The notes under the pieces: generated by a model
The model's database searches: none
Told to the model about the DNA's origin: nothing
What the model saw: the letters and a program-made list of their open reading frames with translations, nothing else
Origin: Auanema rhodensis
Taxonomy: Eukaryota > Animalia > Nematoda
Length of the DNA: 64,000 nt
Reading direction: 5' to 3'
NCBI GenBank assembly: GCA_964057225.1
Contig: OZ059900.1
Span: 23,374,001-23,438,000, forward strand
Position numbers and translations under genes: made by a program
Shown: piece after piece, positions 41,101 through 54,099 of the stretch
Position numbering within the stretch: position 1 is the stretch's first letter
Layout of the letters: every line of letters begins with the position of its first letter

Positions 41101-42950
41101 ACTCATATGAACAAAAATCGATTTAATCAATATTAGCCATAAGGGGCGTGCCCTCAGAATATGCTAATTTCCTTAATTTTCTAACCCCTGTTTTTTTGTC
41201 GTGAAAGTGGAACTAGACGTTGTACGAACAATTTTGAGCTAGGTTTCATTGACATTGCATGAGTTTGAACACATGAAATCGTAAGTCAAAACCTTGTTTA
41301 CAGCGAAATTTCCAAAAACTGGTTTTCCAGCATAATAAAATATTTCTCGTGGGAAATACTGTGTTTTTGTATTTTTCTAGTGTTCAGCATGTAAAATGCA
41401 TCATTTTAGTATGTAACACGCTGAAATTCGTTGCATTTGACGACTCATATGAACAAAAATCGATTTAATCAATATTAGCCATAAGGGGCGTGCCCTCAGA
41501 ATATGCTAATTTCCTTAATTTTCTAACCCCTGTTTTTTTGTCGTGAAAGTGGAACTAGACGTTGTACGAACAATTTTGAACTAGGTTTCATTGACATTGC
41601 ATGAGTTTGAACACATGAAATCGTAAGTCAAAACCTTGTTTACAGCGAAATTTCCTAAAACTGGTTTTCCAGCATAATAAAATATTTCTAATGGGAAATA
41701 CTGTGTTTTTGTATTTTTCTAGTGTTCAGCATGTAAAATGCTTCATTTTAGTATGTAACACGCTGAAATTCGTTGCATTTGACGACTCATATGAACAAAA
41801 ATCGATTTAATCAATATTAGCCATAAGGGGCGTGCCCTCAGAATATGCTAATTTCCTTAATTTTCTAACCCCTGTTTTTTTGTCGTGAAAGTGGAACTAG
41901 ACGTTGTACGAACAATTTTGAGCTAGGTTTCATTGACATTGCATGAGTTTGAACACATGAAATCGTAAGTCAAAACCTTGTTTACAGCGAAATTTCCAAA
42001 AACTGGTTTTCCAGCATAATAAAATATTTCTCGTGGGAAATACTGTGTTTTTGTATTTTTCTAGTGTTCAGCATGTGAAATGCTTCATTTTAGTATGTAA
42101 CACGCTGAAATTCGTTGCATTTGACGACTCATATGAACAAAAATCGATTTAATCAATATTAGCCATAAGGGGCGTGCCCTCAGAATATGCTAATTTCCTT
42201 AATTTTCTAACCCCTGTTTTTTTGTCGTGAAAGTGGAACTAGACGTTGTACGAACAATTTTGAACTAGGTTTCATTGACATTGCATGAGTTTGAACACAT
42301 GAAATCGTAAGTCAAAACCTTGTTTACAGCGAAATTTCCAAAAACTGGTTTTCCAGCATAATAAAATATTTCTAATGGGAAATACTGTGTTTTTGTATTT
42401 TTCTAGTGTTCAGCATGTAAAATGATTCATTTTAGTATGTAACACGCTGAAATTCGTTGCATTTGACGACTCATATGAACAAAAATCGATTTAATCAATA
42501 TTCGCCATAAGGGGCGTGCCCTCAGAATATGCTAATTTCCTTAATTTTCTAACCCCTGTTTTTTTGTCGTGAAAGTGGAACTAGACGTTGTACGAACAAT
42601 TTTGAACTAGGTTTCATTGACATTGCATGAGTTTGAACACATGAAATCGTAAGTCAAAACCTTGTTTACAGCGAAATTTCCAAAAACTGGTTTTCCAGCA
42701 TAATAAAATATTTCTCATGGGAAATACTGTGTTTTTGTATTTTTCTAGTGTTCAGCATGTAAAATGCTTCATTTTAGTATGTAACACGCTGAAATTCGTT
42801 GCATTTGACGACTCATATGAACAAAAATCGATTTAATCAATATTAGCCATAAGGGGCGTGCCCTCAGAATATGCTAATTTCCTTAATTTTCTAACCCCTG
42901 TTTTTTTGTCGTGAAAGTGGAACTAGACGTTGTACGAACAATTTTGAGCT
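38163..42950 (-). repeat. 7-mer block duplication (2394-bp period)
   Basis: Paired private variants are 2394 bp apart: 38416/40810, 39006/41400, 39683/42077, 40031/42425 and 40109/42503. Confidence 0.93.
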
Positions 42951-45900
42951 AGGTTTCATTGACATTGCATGAGTTTGAACACATGAAATCGTAAGTCAAA
43001 ACCTTGTTTACAGCGAAATTTCCAAAAACTGGTTTTCCTGCATAATAAAATATTTCTCGTGGGAAATACTGTGTTTTTGTACTTTTCTAGTGTTCAGCAT
43101 GTAAAATGCTTCATTTTAGTATGTAACACGCTGGAATTCGTTGCATTTGACGACTCATATGAACAAAAATCGATTTAATCAATATTAGCCATAAGGGGCG
43201 TGCCCTCAGAATATGCTAATTTCCTTAATTTTCTAACCCCTGTTTTTTTGTCGTGAAAGTGGAACTAGACGTTGTACGAACAATTTTGAACTAGGTTTCA
43301 TTGACATTGCATGAGTTTGAACACATGAAATCGTAAGTCAAAACCTTGTTTACAGCGAAATTTCCAAAAACTGGTTTTCCAGCATAATAAAATATTTCTA
43401 ATGGGAAATACTGTGTTTTTGTATTTTTCTAGTGTTCAGCATGTAAAATGCTTCATTTTAGTATGTAACACGCTGAAATTCGTTGCATTTGACGACTCAT
43501 ATGAACAAAAATCGATTTAATCAATATTAGCCATAAGGGGCGTGCCCTCAGAATATGCTAATTTCCTTAATTTTCTAACCCCTGTTTTTTTGTCGTGAAA
43601 GTGGAACTAGACGTTGTACGAACAATTTTGAGCTAGGTTTCATTGACATTGCATGAGTTTGAACACATGAAATCGTAAGTCAAAACCTTGTTTACAGCGA
43701 AATTTCCAAAAACTGGTTTTCCAGCATAATAAAATATTTCTCGTGGGAAATACTGTGTTTTTGTATTTTTCTAGTGTTCAGCATGTAAAATGCTTCATTT
43801 TAGTATGTAACACGCTGAAATTCGTTGCATTTGACGACTCATATGAACAAAAATCGATTTAATCAATATTAGCCATAAGGGGCGTGCCCTCAGAATATGC
43901 TAATTTCCTTAATTTTCTAACCCCTGTTTTTTTGTCGTGAAAGTGGAACTAGACGTTGTACGAACAATTTTGAGCTAGGTTTCATTGACATTGCATGAGT
44001 TTGAACACATGAAATCGTAAGTCAAAACCTTGTTTACAGCGAAATTTCCTAAAACTGGTTTTCCAGCATAATAAAATATTTCTAATGGGAAATACTGTGT
44101 TTTTGTATTTTTCTAGTGTTCAGCATGTAAAATGCTTCATTTTAGTATGTAACACGCTGAAATTCGTTGCATTTGACGACTCATATGAACAAAAATCGAT
44201 TTAATCAATATTCGCCATAAGGGGCGTGCCCTCAGAATATGCTAATTTCCTTAATTTTCTAACCCCTGTTTTTTTGTCGTGAAAGTGGAACTAGACGTTG
44301 TACGAACAATTTTGAACTAGGTTTCATTGACATTGCATGAGTTTGAACACATGAAATCGTAAGTCAAAACCTTGTTTACAGCGAAATTTCCAAAAACTGG
44401 TTTTCCAGCATAATAAAATATTTCTCATGGGAAATACTGTGTTTTTGTATTTTTCTAGTGTTCAGCATGTAAAATGCTTCATTTTAGTATGTAACACGCT
44501 GAAATTCGTTGCATTTGACGACTCATATGAACAAAAATCGATTTAATCAATATTAGCCATAAGGGGCGTGCCCTCAGAATATGCTAATTTCCTTAATTTT
44601 CTAACCCCTGTTTTTTTGTCGTGAAAGTGGAACTAGACGTTGTACGAACAATTTTGAGCTAGGTTTCATTGACATTGCATGAGTTTGAACACATGAAATC
44701 GTAAGTCAAAACCTTGTTTACAGCGAAATTTCCAAAAACTGGTTTTCCTGCATAATAAAATATTTCTCGTGGGAAATACTGTGTTTTTGTATTTTTCTAG
44801 TGTTCAGCATGTAAAATGCTTCATTTTAGTATGTAACACGCTGGAATTCGTTGCATTTGACGACTCATATGAACAAAAATCGATTTAATCAATATTAGCC
44901 ATAAGGGGCGTGCCCTCAGAATATGCTAATTTCCTTAATTTTCTAACCCCTGTTTTTTTGTCGTGAAAGTGGAACTAGACGTTGTACGAACAATTTTGAA
45001 CTAGGTTTCATTGACATTGCATGAGTTTGAACACATGAAATCGTAAGTCAAAACCTTGTTTACAGCGAAATTTCCAAAAACTGGTTTTCCAGCATAATAA
45101 AATATTTCTAATGGGAAATACTGTGTTTTTGTATTTTTCTAGTGTTCAGCATGTAAAATGCTTCATTTTAGTATGTAACACGCTGAAATTCGTTGCATTT
45201 GACGACTCATATGAACAAAAATCGATTTAATCAATATTCGCCATAAGGGGCGTGCCCTCAGAATATGCTAATTTCCTTAATTTTCTAACCCCTGTTTTTT
45301 TGTCGTGAAAGTGGAACTAGACGTTGTACGAACAATTTTGAACTAGGTTTCATTGACATTGCATGAGTTTGAACACATGAAATCGTAAGTCAAAACCTTG
45401 TTTACAGCGAAATTTCCAAAAACTGGTTTTCCAGCATAATAAAATATTTCTCATGGGAAATACTGTGTTTTTGTATTTTTCTAGTGTTCAGCATGTAAAA
45501 TGCTTCATTTTAGTATGTAACACGCTGAAATTCGTTGCATTTGACGACTCATATGAACAAAAATCGATTTAATCAATATTAGCCATAAGGGGCGTGCCCT
45601 CAGAATATGCTAATTTCCTTAATTTTCTAACCCCTGTTTTTTTGTCGTGAAAGTGGAACTAGACGTTGTACGAACAATTTTGAGCTAGGTTTCATTGACA
45701 TTGCATGAGTTTGAACACATGAAATCGTAAGTCAAAACCTTGTTTACAGCGAAATTTCCAAAAACTGGTTTTCCTGCATAATAAAATATTTCTCGTGGGA
45801 AATACTGTGTTTTTGTATTTTTCTAGTGTTCAGCATGTAAAATGCTTCATTTTAGTATGTAACACGCTGGAATTCGTTGCATTTGACGACTCATATGAAC

Positions 45901-48419
45901 AAAAATCGATTTAATCAATATTAGCCATAAGGGGCGTGCCCTCAGAATATGCTAATTTCCTTAATTTTCTAACCCCTGTTTTTTTGTCGTGAAAGTGGAA
46001 CTAGACGTTGTACGAACAATTTTGAACTAGGTTTCATTGACATTGCATGAGTTTGAACACATGAAATCGTAAGTCAAAACCTTGTTTACAGCGAAATTTC
46101 CAAAAACTGGTTTTCCAGCATAATAAAATATTTCTAATGGGAAATACTGTGTTTTTGTATTTTTCTAGTGTTCAGCATGTAAAATGCTTCATTTTAGTAT
46201 GTAACACGCTGAAATTCGTTGCATTTGACGACTCATATGAACAAAAATCGATTTAATCAATATTAGCCATAAGGGGCGTGCCCTCAGAATATGCTAATTT
46301 CCTTAATTTTCTAACCCCTGTTTTTTTGTCGTGAAAGTGGAACTAGACGTTGTACGAACAATTTTGAACTAGGTTTCATTGACATTGCATGAGTTTGAAC
46401 ACATGAAATCGTAAGTCAAAACCTTGTTTACAGCGAAATTTCCAAAAACTGGTTTTCCAGCATAATAAAATATTTCTCATGGGAAATACTGTGTTTTTGT
46501 ATTTTTCTAGTGTTCAGCATGTAAAATGCTTCATTTTAGTATGTAACACGCTGAAATTCGTTGCATTTGACGACTCATATGAACAAAAATCGATTTAATC
46601 AATATTAGCCATAAGGGGCGTGCCCTCAGAATACGCTAATTTCCCTAATTTTCTAACCCCTGTTTTTTTGTCGTGAAAGTGGAACTAGACGTTGTACGAA
46701 CAATTTTGAGCTAGGTTTCATTGACATTGCATGAGTTTGAACACATGAAATCGTAAGTCAAAACCTTGTTTACAGCGAAATTTCCAAAAACTGGTTTTCC
46801 AGCATAATAAAATATTTCTCATGGGAAATACTGTGTTTTTGTATTTTTCTAGTGTTCAGCATGTAAAATGCTTCATTTTAGTATGTAACACGCTGAAATT
46901 CGTTGCATTTGACGACTCATATGAACAAAAATCGATTTAATCAATATTAGCCATAAGGGGCGTGCCCTCAGAATATGCTAATTTCCTTAATTTTCTAACC
47001 CCTGTTTTTTTGTCGTGAAAGTGGAACTAGACGTTGTACGAACAATTTTGAGCTAGGTTTCATTGACATTGCATGAGTTTGAACACATGAAATCGTAAGT
47101 CAAAACCTTGTTTACAGCGAAATTTCCAAAAACTGGTTTTCCAGCATAATAAAATATTTCTCGTGGGAAATACTGTGTTTTTGTATTTTTCTAGTGTTCA
47201 GCATGTAAAATGCTTCATTTTAGTATGTAACACGCTGAAATTCGTTGCATTTGACGACTCATATGAACAAAAATCGATTTAATCAATATTAGCCATAAGG
47301 GGCGTGCCCTCAGAATATGCTAATTTCCTTAATTTTCTAACCCCTGTTTTTTTGTCGTGAAAGTGGAACTAGACGTTGTACGAACAATTTTGAACTAGGT
47401 TTCATTGACATTGCATGAGTTTGAACACATGAAATCGTAAGTCAAAACCTTGTTTACAGCGAAATTTCCAAAAACTGGTTTTCCAGCATAATAAAATATT
47501 TCTAATGGGAAATACTGTGTTTTTGTATTTTTCTAGTGTTCAGCATGTAAAATGCTTCATTTAAGTATGTAACACGCTGAAATTCGTTGCATTTGACGAC
47601 TCATATGAACAAAAATCGATTTAATCAATATTAGCCATAAGGGGCGTGCCCTCAGAATATGCTAATTTCCTTAATTTTCTAACCCCTGTTTTTTTGTCGT
47701 GAAAGTGGAACTAGACGTTGTACGAACAAATTTGAGCTAGGTTTCATTGACATTGCGTGAGTTTGAACACATGAAATCGTAAGTCAAAACCTTGTTTACA
47801 GCGAAATTTCCAAAAACTGGTTTTCCAGCATAATAAAATATTTCTCGTGGGAAATACTGTGTTTTTGTATTTTTCTAGTGTTCAGCATGTAAAATGCTTC
47901 ATTTTAGTATGTAACACGCTGAAATTCGTTGCATTTGACGACTCATATGAACAAAAATCGATTTAATCAATATTAGCCATAAGGGGCGTGCCCTCAGAAT
48001 ATGCTAATTTCCTTAATTTTCTAACCCCTGTTTTTTTGTCGTGAAAGTGGAACTAGACGTTGTACGAACAATTTTGAACTAGGTTTCATTGACATTGCAT
48101 GAGTTTGAACACATGAAATCGTAAGTCAAAACCTTGTTTACAGCGAAATTTCCAAAAACTGGTTTTCCAGCATAATAAAATATTTCTAATGGGAAATACT
48201 GTGTTTTTGTATTTTTCTAGTGTTTAGCATGTAAAATGCTTCATTTTAGTATGTAACACGCTGAAATTCGTTGCATTTGACGACTCATATGAACAAAAAT
48301 CGATTTAATCAATATTAGCCATAAGGGGCGTGCCCTCAGAATATGCTAATTTCCTTAATTTTCTAACCCCTGTTTTTTTGTCGTGAAAGTGGAACTAGAC
48401 GTTGTACGAACAATTTTGA

Positions 48420-51400
48420 GCTAGGTTTCATTGACATTGCATGAGTTTGAACACATGAAATCGTAAGTCAAAACCTTGTTTACAGCGAAATTTCCAAAAA
48501 CTGGTTTTCCAGCATAATAAAATATTTCTCGTGGGAAATACTGTGTTTTTGTATTTTTCTAGTGTTCAGCATGTAAAATGCTTCATTTTAGTATGTAACA
48601 CGCTGAAATTCGTTGCATTTGACGACTCATATGAACAAAAATCGATTTAATCAATATTAACCATAAGGGGCGTGCCCTCAGAATATGCTAATTTCCTTAA
48701 TTTTCTAACCCCTGTTTTTTTGTCGTGAAAGTGGAACTAGACGTTGTACGAACAATTTTGAACTAGGTTTCATTGACATTGCATGAGTTTGAACACATGA
48801 AATCGTAAGTCAAAACCTTGTTTACAGCGAAATTTCCAAAAACTGATTTTCCAGCATAATAAAATATTTCTCATGGGAAATACTGTGTTTTTGTATTTTT
48901 CTAGTGTTCAGCATGTAAAATGCTTCATTTTAGTATGTAACACGCTGAAATTTGTTGCATTTGACGACTCATATGAACAAAAATCGATTTAATCAATATT
49001 AGCCATAAGGGGCGTGCCCTCAGAATATGCTAATTTCCTTAATTTTCTAACCCCTGTTTTTTTGTCGTGAAAGTGGAACTAGACGTTGTACGAACAATTT
49101 TGAACTAGGTTTCCTTGACATTGCATGAGTTTGAACACATGAAATCGTAAGTCAAAACCTTGTTTACAGCGAAATTTCCAAAAACTGGTTTTCCAGCATA
49201 ATAAAATATTTCTCATGGGAAATACTGTGTTTTTGTATTTTTCTAGTGTTCAGCATGTAAAATGCTTCATTTTAGTATGTAACACGCTGAAATTCGTTGC
49301 ATTTGACGACTCATATGAACAAAAATCGATTTAATCAATATTAACCATAAGGGGCGTGCCCTCAGAATATGCTAATTTCCTTAATTTTCTAACCCCTGTT
49401 TTTTTGTCGTGAAAGTGGAACTAGACGTTGTACGAACAATTTTGAACTAGGTTTCATTGACATTGCATGAGTTTGAACACATGAAATCGTAAGTCAAAAC
49501 CTTGTTTACAGCGAAATTTCCAAAAACTGATTTTCCAGCATAATAAAATATTTCTCATGGGAAATACTGTGTTTTTGTATTTTTCTAGTGTTCAGCATGT
49601 AAAATGCTTCATTTTAGTATGTAACACGCTGAAATTCGTTGCATTTGACGACTCATATGAACAAAAATCGATTTAATCAATATTAGCCATAAGGGGCGTG
49701 CCCTCAGAATATGCTAATTTCCTTAATTTTCTAACCCCTGTTTTTTTGTCGTGAAAGTGGAACTAGACGTTGTACGAACAATTTTGAGCTAGGTTTCATT
49801 GACATTGCATGAGTTTGAACACATGAAATCGTAAGTCAAAACCTTGTTTACAGCGAAATTTCCAAAAACTGGTTTTCCAGCATAATAAAATATTTCTCAT
49901 GGGAAATACTGTGTTTTTGTATTTTTCTAGTGTTCAGCATGTAAAATGCTTCATTTTAGTATGTAACACGCTGAAATTCGTTGCATTTGACGACTCATAT
50001 GAACAAAAATCGATTTAATCAATATTAGCCATAAGGGGCGTGCCCTCAGAATATGCTAATTTCCTTAATTTTCTAACCCCTGTTTTTTTGTCGTGAAAGT
50101 GGAACTAGACGTTGTACGAACATATTTGAGCTAGGTTTCATTGACATTGCATGAGTTTGAACACATGAAATCGTAAGTCAAAACCTTGTTTACAGCGAAA
50201 TTTCCAAAAACTGGTTTTCCAGCATAATAAAATATTTCTCGTGGGAAATACTGTGTTTTTGTATTTTTCTAGTGTTCAGCATGTAAAATGCTTCATTTTA
50301 GTATGTAACACGCTGAAATTCGTTGCATTTGACGACTCATATGAACAAAAATCGATTTAATCAATATTAACCATAAGGGGCGTGCCCTCAGAATATGCTA
50401 ATTTCCTTAATTTTCTAACCCCTGTTTTTTTGTCGTGAAAGTGGAACTAGACGTTGTACGAACAATTTTGAACTAGGTTTCATTGACATTGCATGAGTTT
50501 GAACACATGAAATCGTAAGTCAAAACCTTGTTTACAGCGAAATTTCCAAAAACTGATTTTCCAGCATAATAAAATATTTCTCATGGGAAATACTGTGTTT
50601 TTGTATTTTTCTAGTGTTCAGCATGTAAAATGCTTCATTTTAGTATGTAACACGCTGAAATTCGTTGCATTTGACGACTCATATGAACAAAAATCGATTT
50701 AATCAATATTAGCCATAAGGGGCGTGCCCTCAGAATATGCTAATTTCCTTAATTTTCTAACCCCTGTTTTTTTGTCGTGAAAGTGGAACTAGACGTTGTA
50801 CGAACAATTTTGAGCTAGGTTTCATTGACATTGCATGAGTTTGAACACATGAAATCGTAAGTCAAAACCTTGTTTACAGCGAAATTTCCAAAAACTGGTT
50901 TTCCAGCATAATAAAATATTTCTCATGGGAAATACTGTGTTTTTGTATTTTTCTAGTGTTCAGCATGTAAAATGCTTCATTTTAGTATGTAACACGCTGA
51001 AATTCGTTGCATTTGACGACTCATATGAACAAAAATCGATTTAATCAATATTAGCCATAAGGGGCGTGCCCTCAGAATATGCTAATTTCCTTAATTTTCT
51101 AACCCCTGTTTTTTTGTCGTGAAAGTGGAACTAGACGTTGTACGAACATATTTGAGCTAGGTTTCATTGACATTGCATGAGTTTGAACACATGAAATCGT
51201 AAGTCAAAACCTTGTTTACAGCGAAATTTCCAAAAACTGGTTTTCCAGCATAATAAAATATTTCTCGTGGGAAATACTGTGTTTTTGTATTTTTCTAGTG
51301 TTCAGCATGTAAAATGCTTCATTTTAGTATGTAACACGCTGAAATTCGTTGCATTTGACGACTCATATGAACAAAAATCGATTTAATCAATATTAACCAT

Positions 51401-53900
51401 AAGGGGCGTGCCCTCAGAATATGCTAATTTCCTTAATTTTCTAACCCCTGTTTTTTTGTCGTGAAAGTGGAACTAGACGTTGTACGAACAATTTTGAACT
51501 AGGTTTCATTGACATTGCATGAGTTTGAACACATGAAATCGTAAGTCAAAACCTTGTTTACAGCGAAATTTCCAAAAACTGATTTTCCAGCATAATAAAA
51601 TATTTCTCATGGGAAATACTGTGTTTTTGTATTTTTCTAGTGTTCAGCATGTAAAATGCTTCATTTTAGTATGTAACACGCTGAAATTTGTTGCATTTGA
51701 CGACTCATATGAACAAAAATCGATTTAATCAATATTAGCCATAAGGGGCGTGCCCTCAGAATATGCTAATTTCCTTAATTTTCTAACCCCTGTTTTTTTG
51801 TCGTGAAAGTGGAACTAGACGTTGTACGAACAATTTTGAACTAGGTTTCATTGACATTGCATGAGTTTGAACACATGAAATCGTAAGTCAAAACCTTGTT
51901 TACAGCGAAATTTCCAAAAACTGGTTTTCCAGCATAATAAAATATTTCTCATGGGAAATACTGTGTTTTTGTATTTTTCTAGTGTTCAGCATGTAAAATG
52001 CTTCATTTTAGTATGTAACACGCTGAAATTCGTTGCATTTGACGACTCATATGAACAAAAATCGATTTAATCAATATTAGCCATAAGGGGCGTGCCCTCA
52101 GAATATGCTAATTTCCTTAATTTTCTAACCCCTGTTTTTTTGTCGTGAAAGTGGAACTAGACGTTGTACGAACATATTTGAGCTAGGTTTCATTGACATT
52201 GCATGAGTTTGAACACATGAAATCGTAAGTCAAAACCTTGTTTACAGCGAAATTTCCAAAAACTGGTTTTCCAGCATAATAAAATATTTCTTGTGGGAAA
52301 TACTGTGTTTTTGTATTTTTCTAGTGTTCAGCATGTAAAATGCTTCATTTTAGTATGTAACACGCTGAAATTCGTTGCATTTGACGACTCATATGAACAA
52401 AAATCGATTTAATCAATATTAACCATAAGGGGCGTGCCCTCAGAATATGCTAATTTCCTTAATTTTCTAACCCCTGTTTTTTTGTCGTGAAAGTGGAACT
52501 AGACGTTGTACGAACAATTTTGAACTAGGTTTCATTGACATTGCATGAGTTTGAACACATGAAATCGTAAGTCAAAACCTTGTTTACAGCGAAATTTCCA
52601 AAAACTGATTTTCCAGCATAATAAAATATTTCTCATGGGAAATACTGTGTTTTTGTATTTTTCTAGTGTTCAGCATGTAAAATGCTTCATTTTAGTATGT
52701 AACACGCTGAAATTTGTTGCATTTGACGACTCATATGAACAAAAATCGATTTAATCAATATTAGCCATAAGGGGCGTGCCCTCAGAATATGCTAATTTCC
52801 TTAATTTTCTAACCCCTGTTTTTTTGTCGTGAAAGTGGAACTAGACGTTGTACGAACAATTTTGAACTAGGTTTCATTGACATTGCATGAGTTTGAACAC
52901 ATGAAATCGTAAGTCAAAACCTTGTTTACAGCGAAATTTCCAAAAACTGGTTTTCCAGCATAATAAAATATTTCTCATGGGAAGTACTGTGTTTTTGTAT
53001 TTTTCTAGTGTTCAGCATGTAAAATGCTTCATTTTAGTATGTAACACGCTGAAATTCGTAGCATTTGACGACTCATATGAACAAAAATCGATTTAATCAA
53101 TATTAGCCATAAGGGGCGTGCCCTCAGAATATGCTAATTTCCTTAATTTTCTAACCCCTGTTTTTTTGTCGTGAAAGTGGAACTAGACGTTGTACGAACA
53201 ATTTTGAGCTAGGTTTCATTGACATTGCATGAGTTTGAACACATGAAATCGTAAGTCAAAACCTTGTTTACAGCGAAATTTCCAAAAACTGGTTTTCCAG
53301 CATAATAAAATATTTCTCGTGGGAAATACTGTGTTTTTGTATTTTTCTAGTGTTCAGCATGTAAAATGCTTCATTTTAGTATGTAACACGCTGAAATTCG
53401 TTGCATTTGACGACTCATATGAACAAAAATCGATTTAATCAATATTAACCATAAGGGGCGTGCCCTCAGAATATGCTAATTTCCTTAATTTTCTAACCCC
53501 TGTTTTTTTGTCGTGAAAGTGGAACTAGACGTTGTACGAACAATTTTGAACTAGGTTTCATTGACATTGCATGAGTTTGAACACATGAAATCGTAAGTCA
53601 AAACCTTGTTTACAGCGAAATTTCCAAAAACTGATTTTCCAGCATAATAAAATATTTCTCATGGGAAATACTGTGTTTTTGTATTTTTCTAGTGTTCAGC
53701 ATGTAAAATGCTTCATTTTAGTATGTAACACGCTGAAATTCGTTGCATTTGACGACTCATATGAACAAAAATCGATTTAATCAATATTAGCCATAAGGGG
53801 CGTGCCCTCAGAATATGCTAATTTCCTTAATTTTCTAACCCCTGTTTTTTTGTCGTGAAAGTGGAACTAGACGTTGTACGAACAATTTTGAGCTAGGTTT
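48420..53900 (-). repeat. 3-mer higher-order repeat (1026-bp period), about 5 copies
   Basis: The marker TATTAACC is at 48660, 49344, 50370, 51396, 52422 and 53448. AACTGATTTT is at 48846, 49530, 50556, 51582, 52608 and 53634. AACATATTTG is near 50123, 51149 and 52175. Confidence 0.92.
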
Positions 53901-54099
53901 CATTGACATTGCATGAGTTTGAACACATGAAATCGTAAGTCAAAACCTTGTTTACAGCGAAATTTCCAAAAACTGGTTTTCCAGCATAATAAAATATTTC
54001 TCATGGGAAATACTGTGTTTTTGTCTTTTTCTAGTGTTCAGCATGTAAAATGCTTCATTTTAGTATGTAACACGCTGAAATTCGTTGCATTTGACGACT

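Noticed and set aside
1-50800. Whole inversion as a simple sequencing fold-back artefact or as the terminal inverted repeats of a transposon
   Set aside because: Beyond about 0.7 kb the arms carry different variant sets and higher-order repeats, so one is not a copy of the other. There is no internal element, transposase or target-site duplication. A chimeric-read misjoin is not fully excluded without reads.
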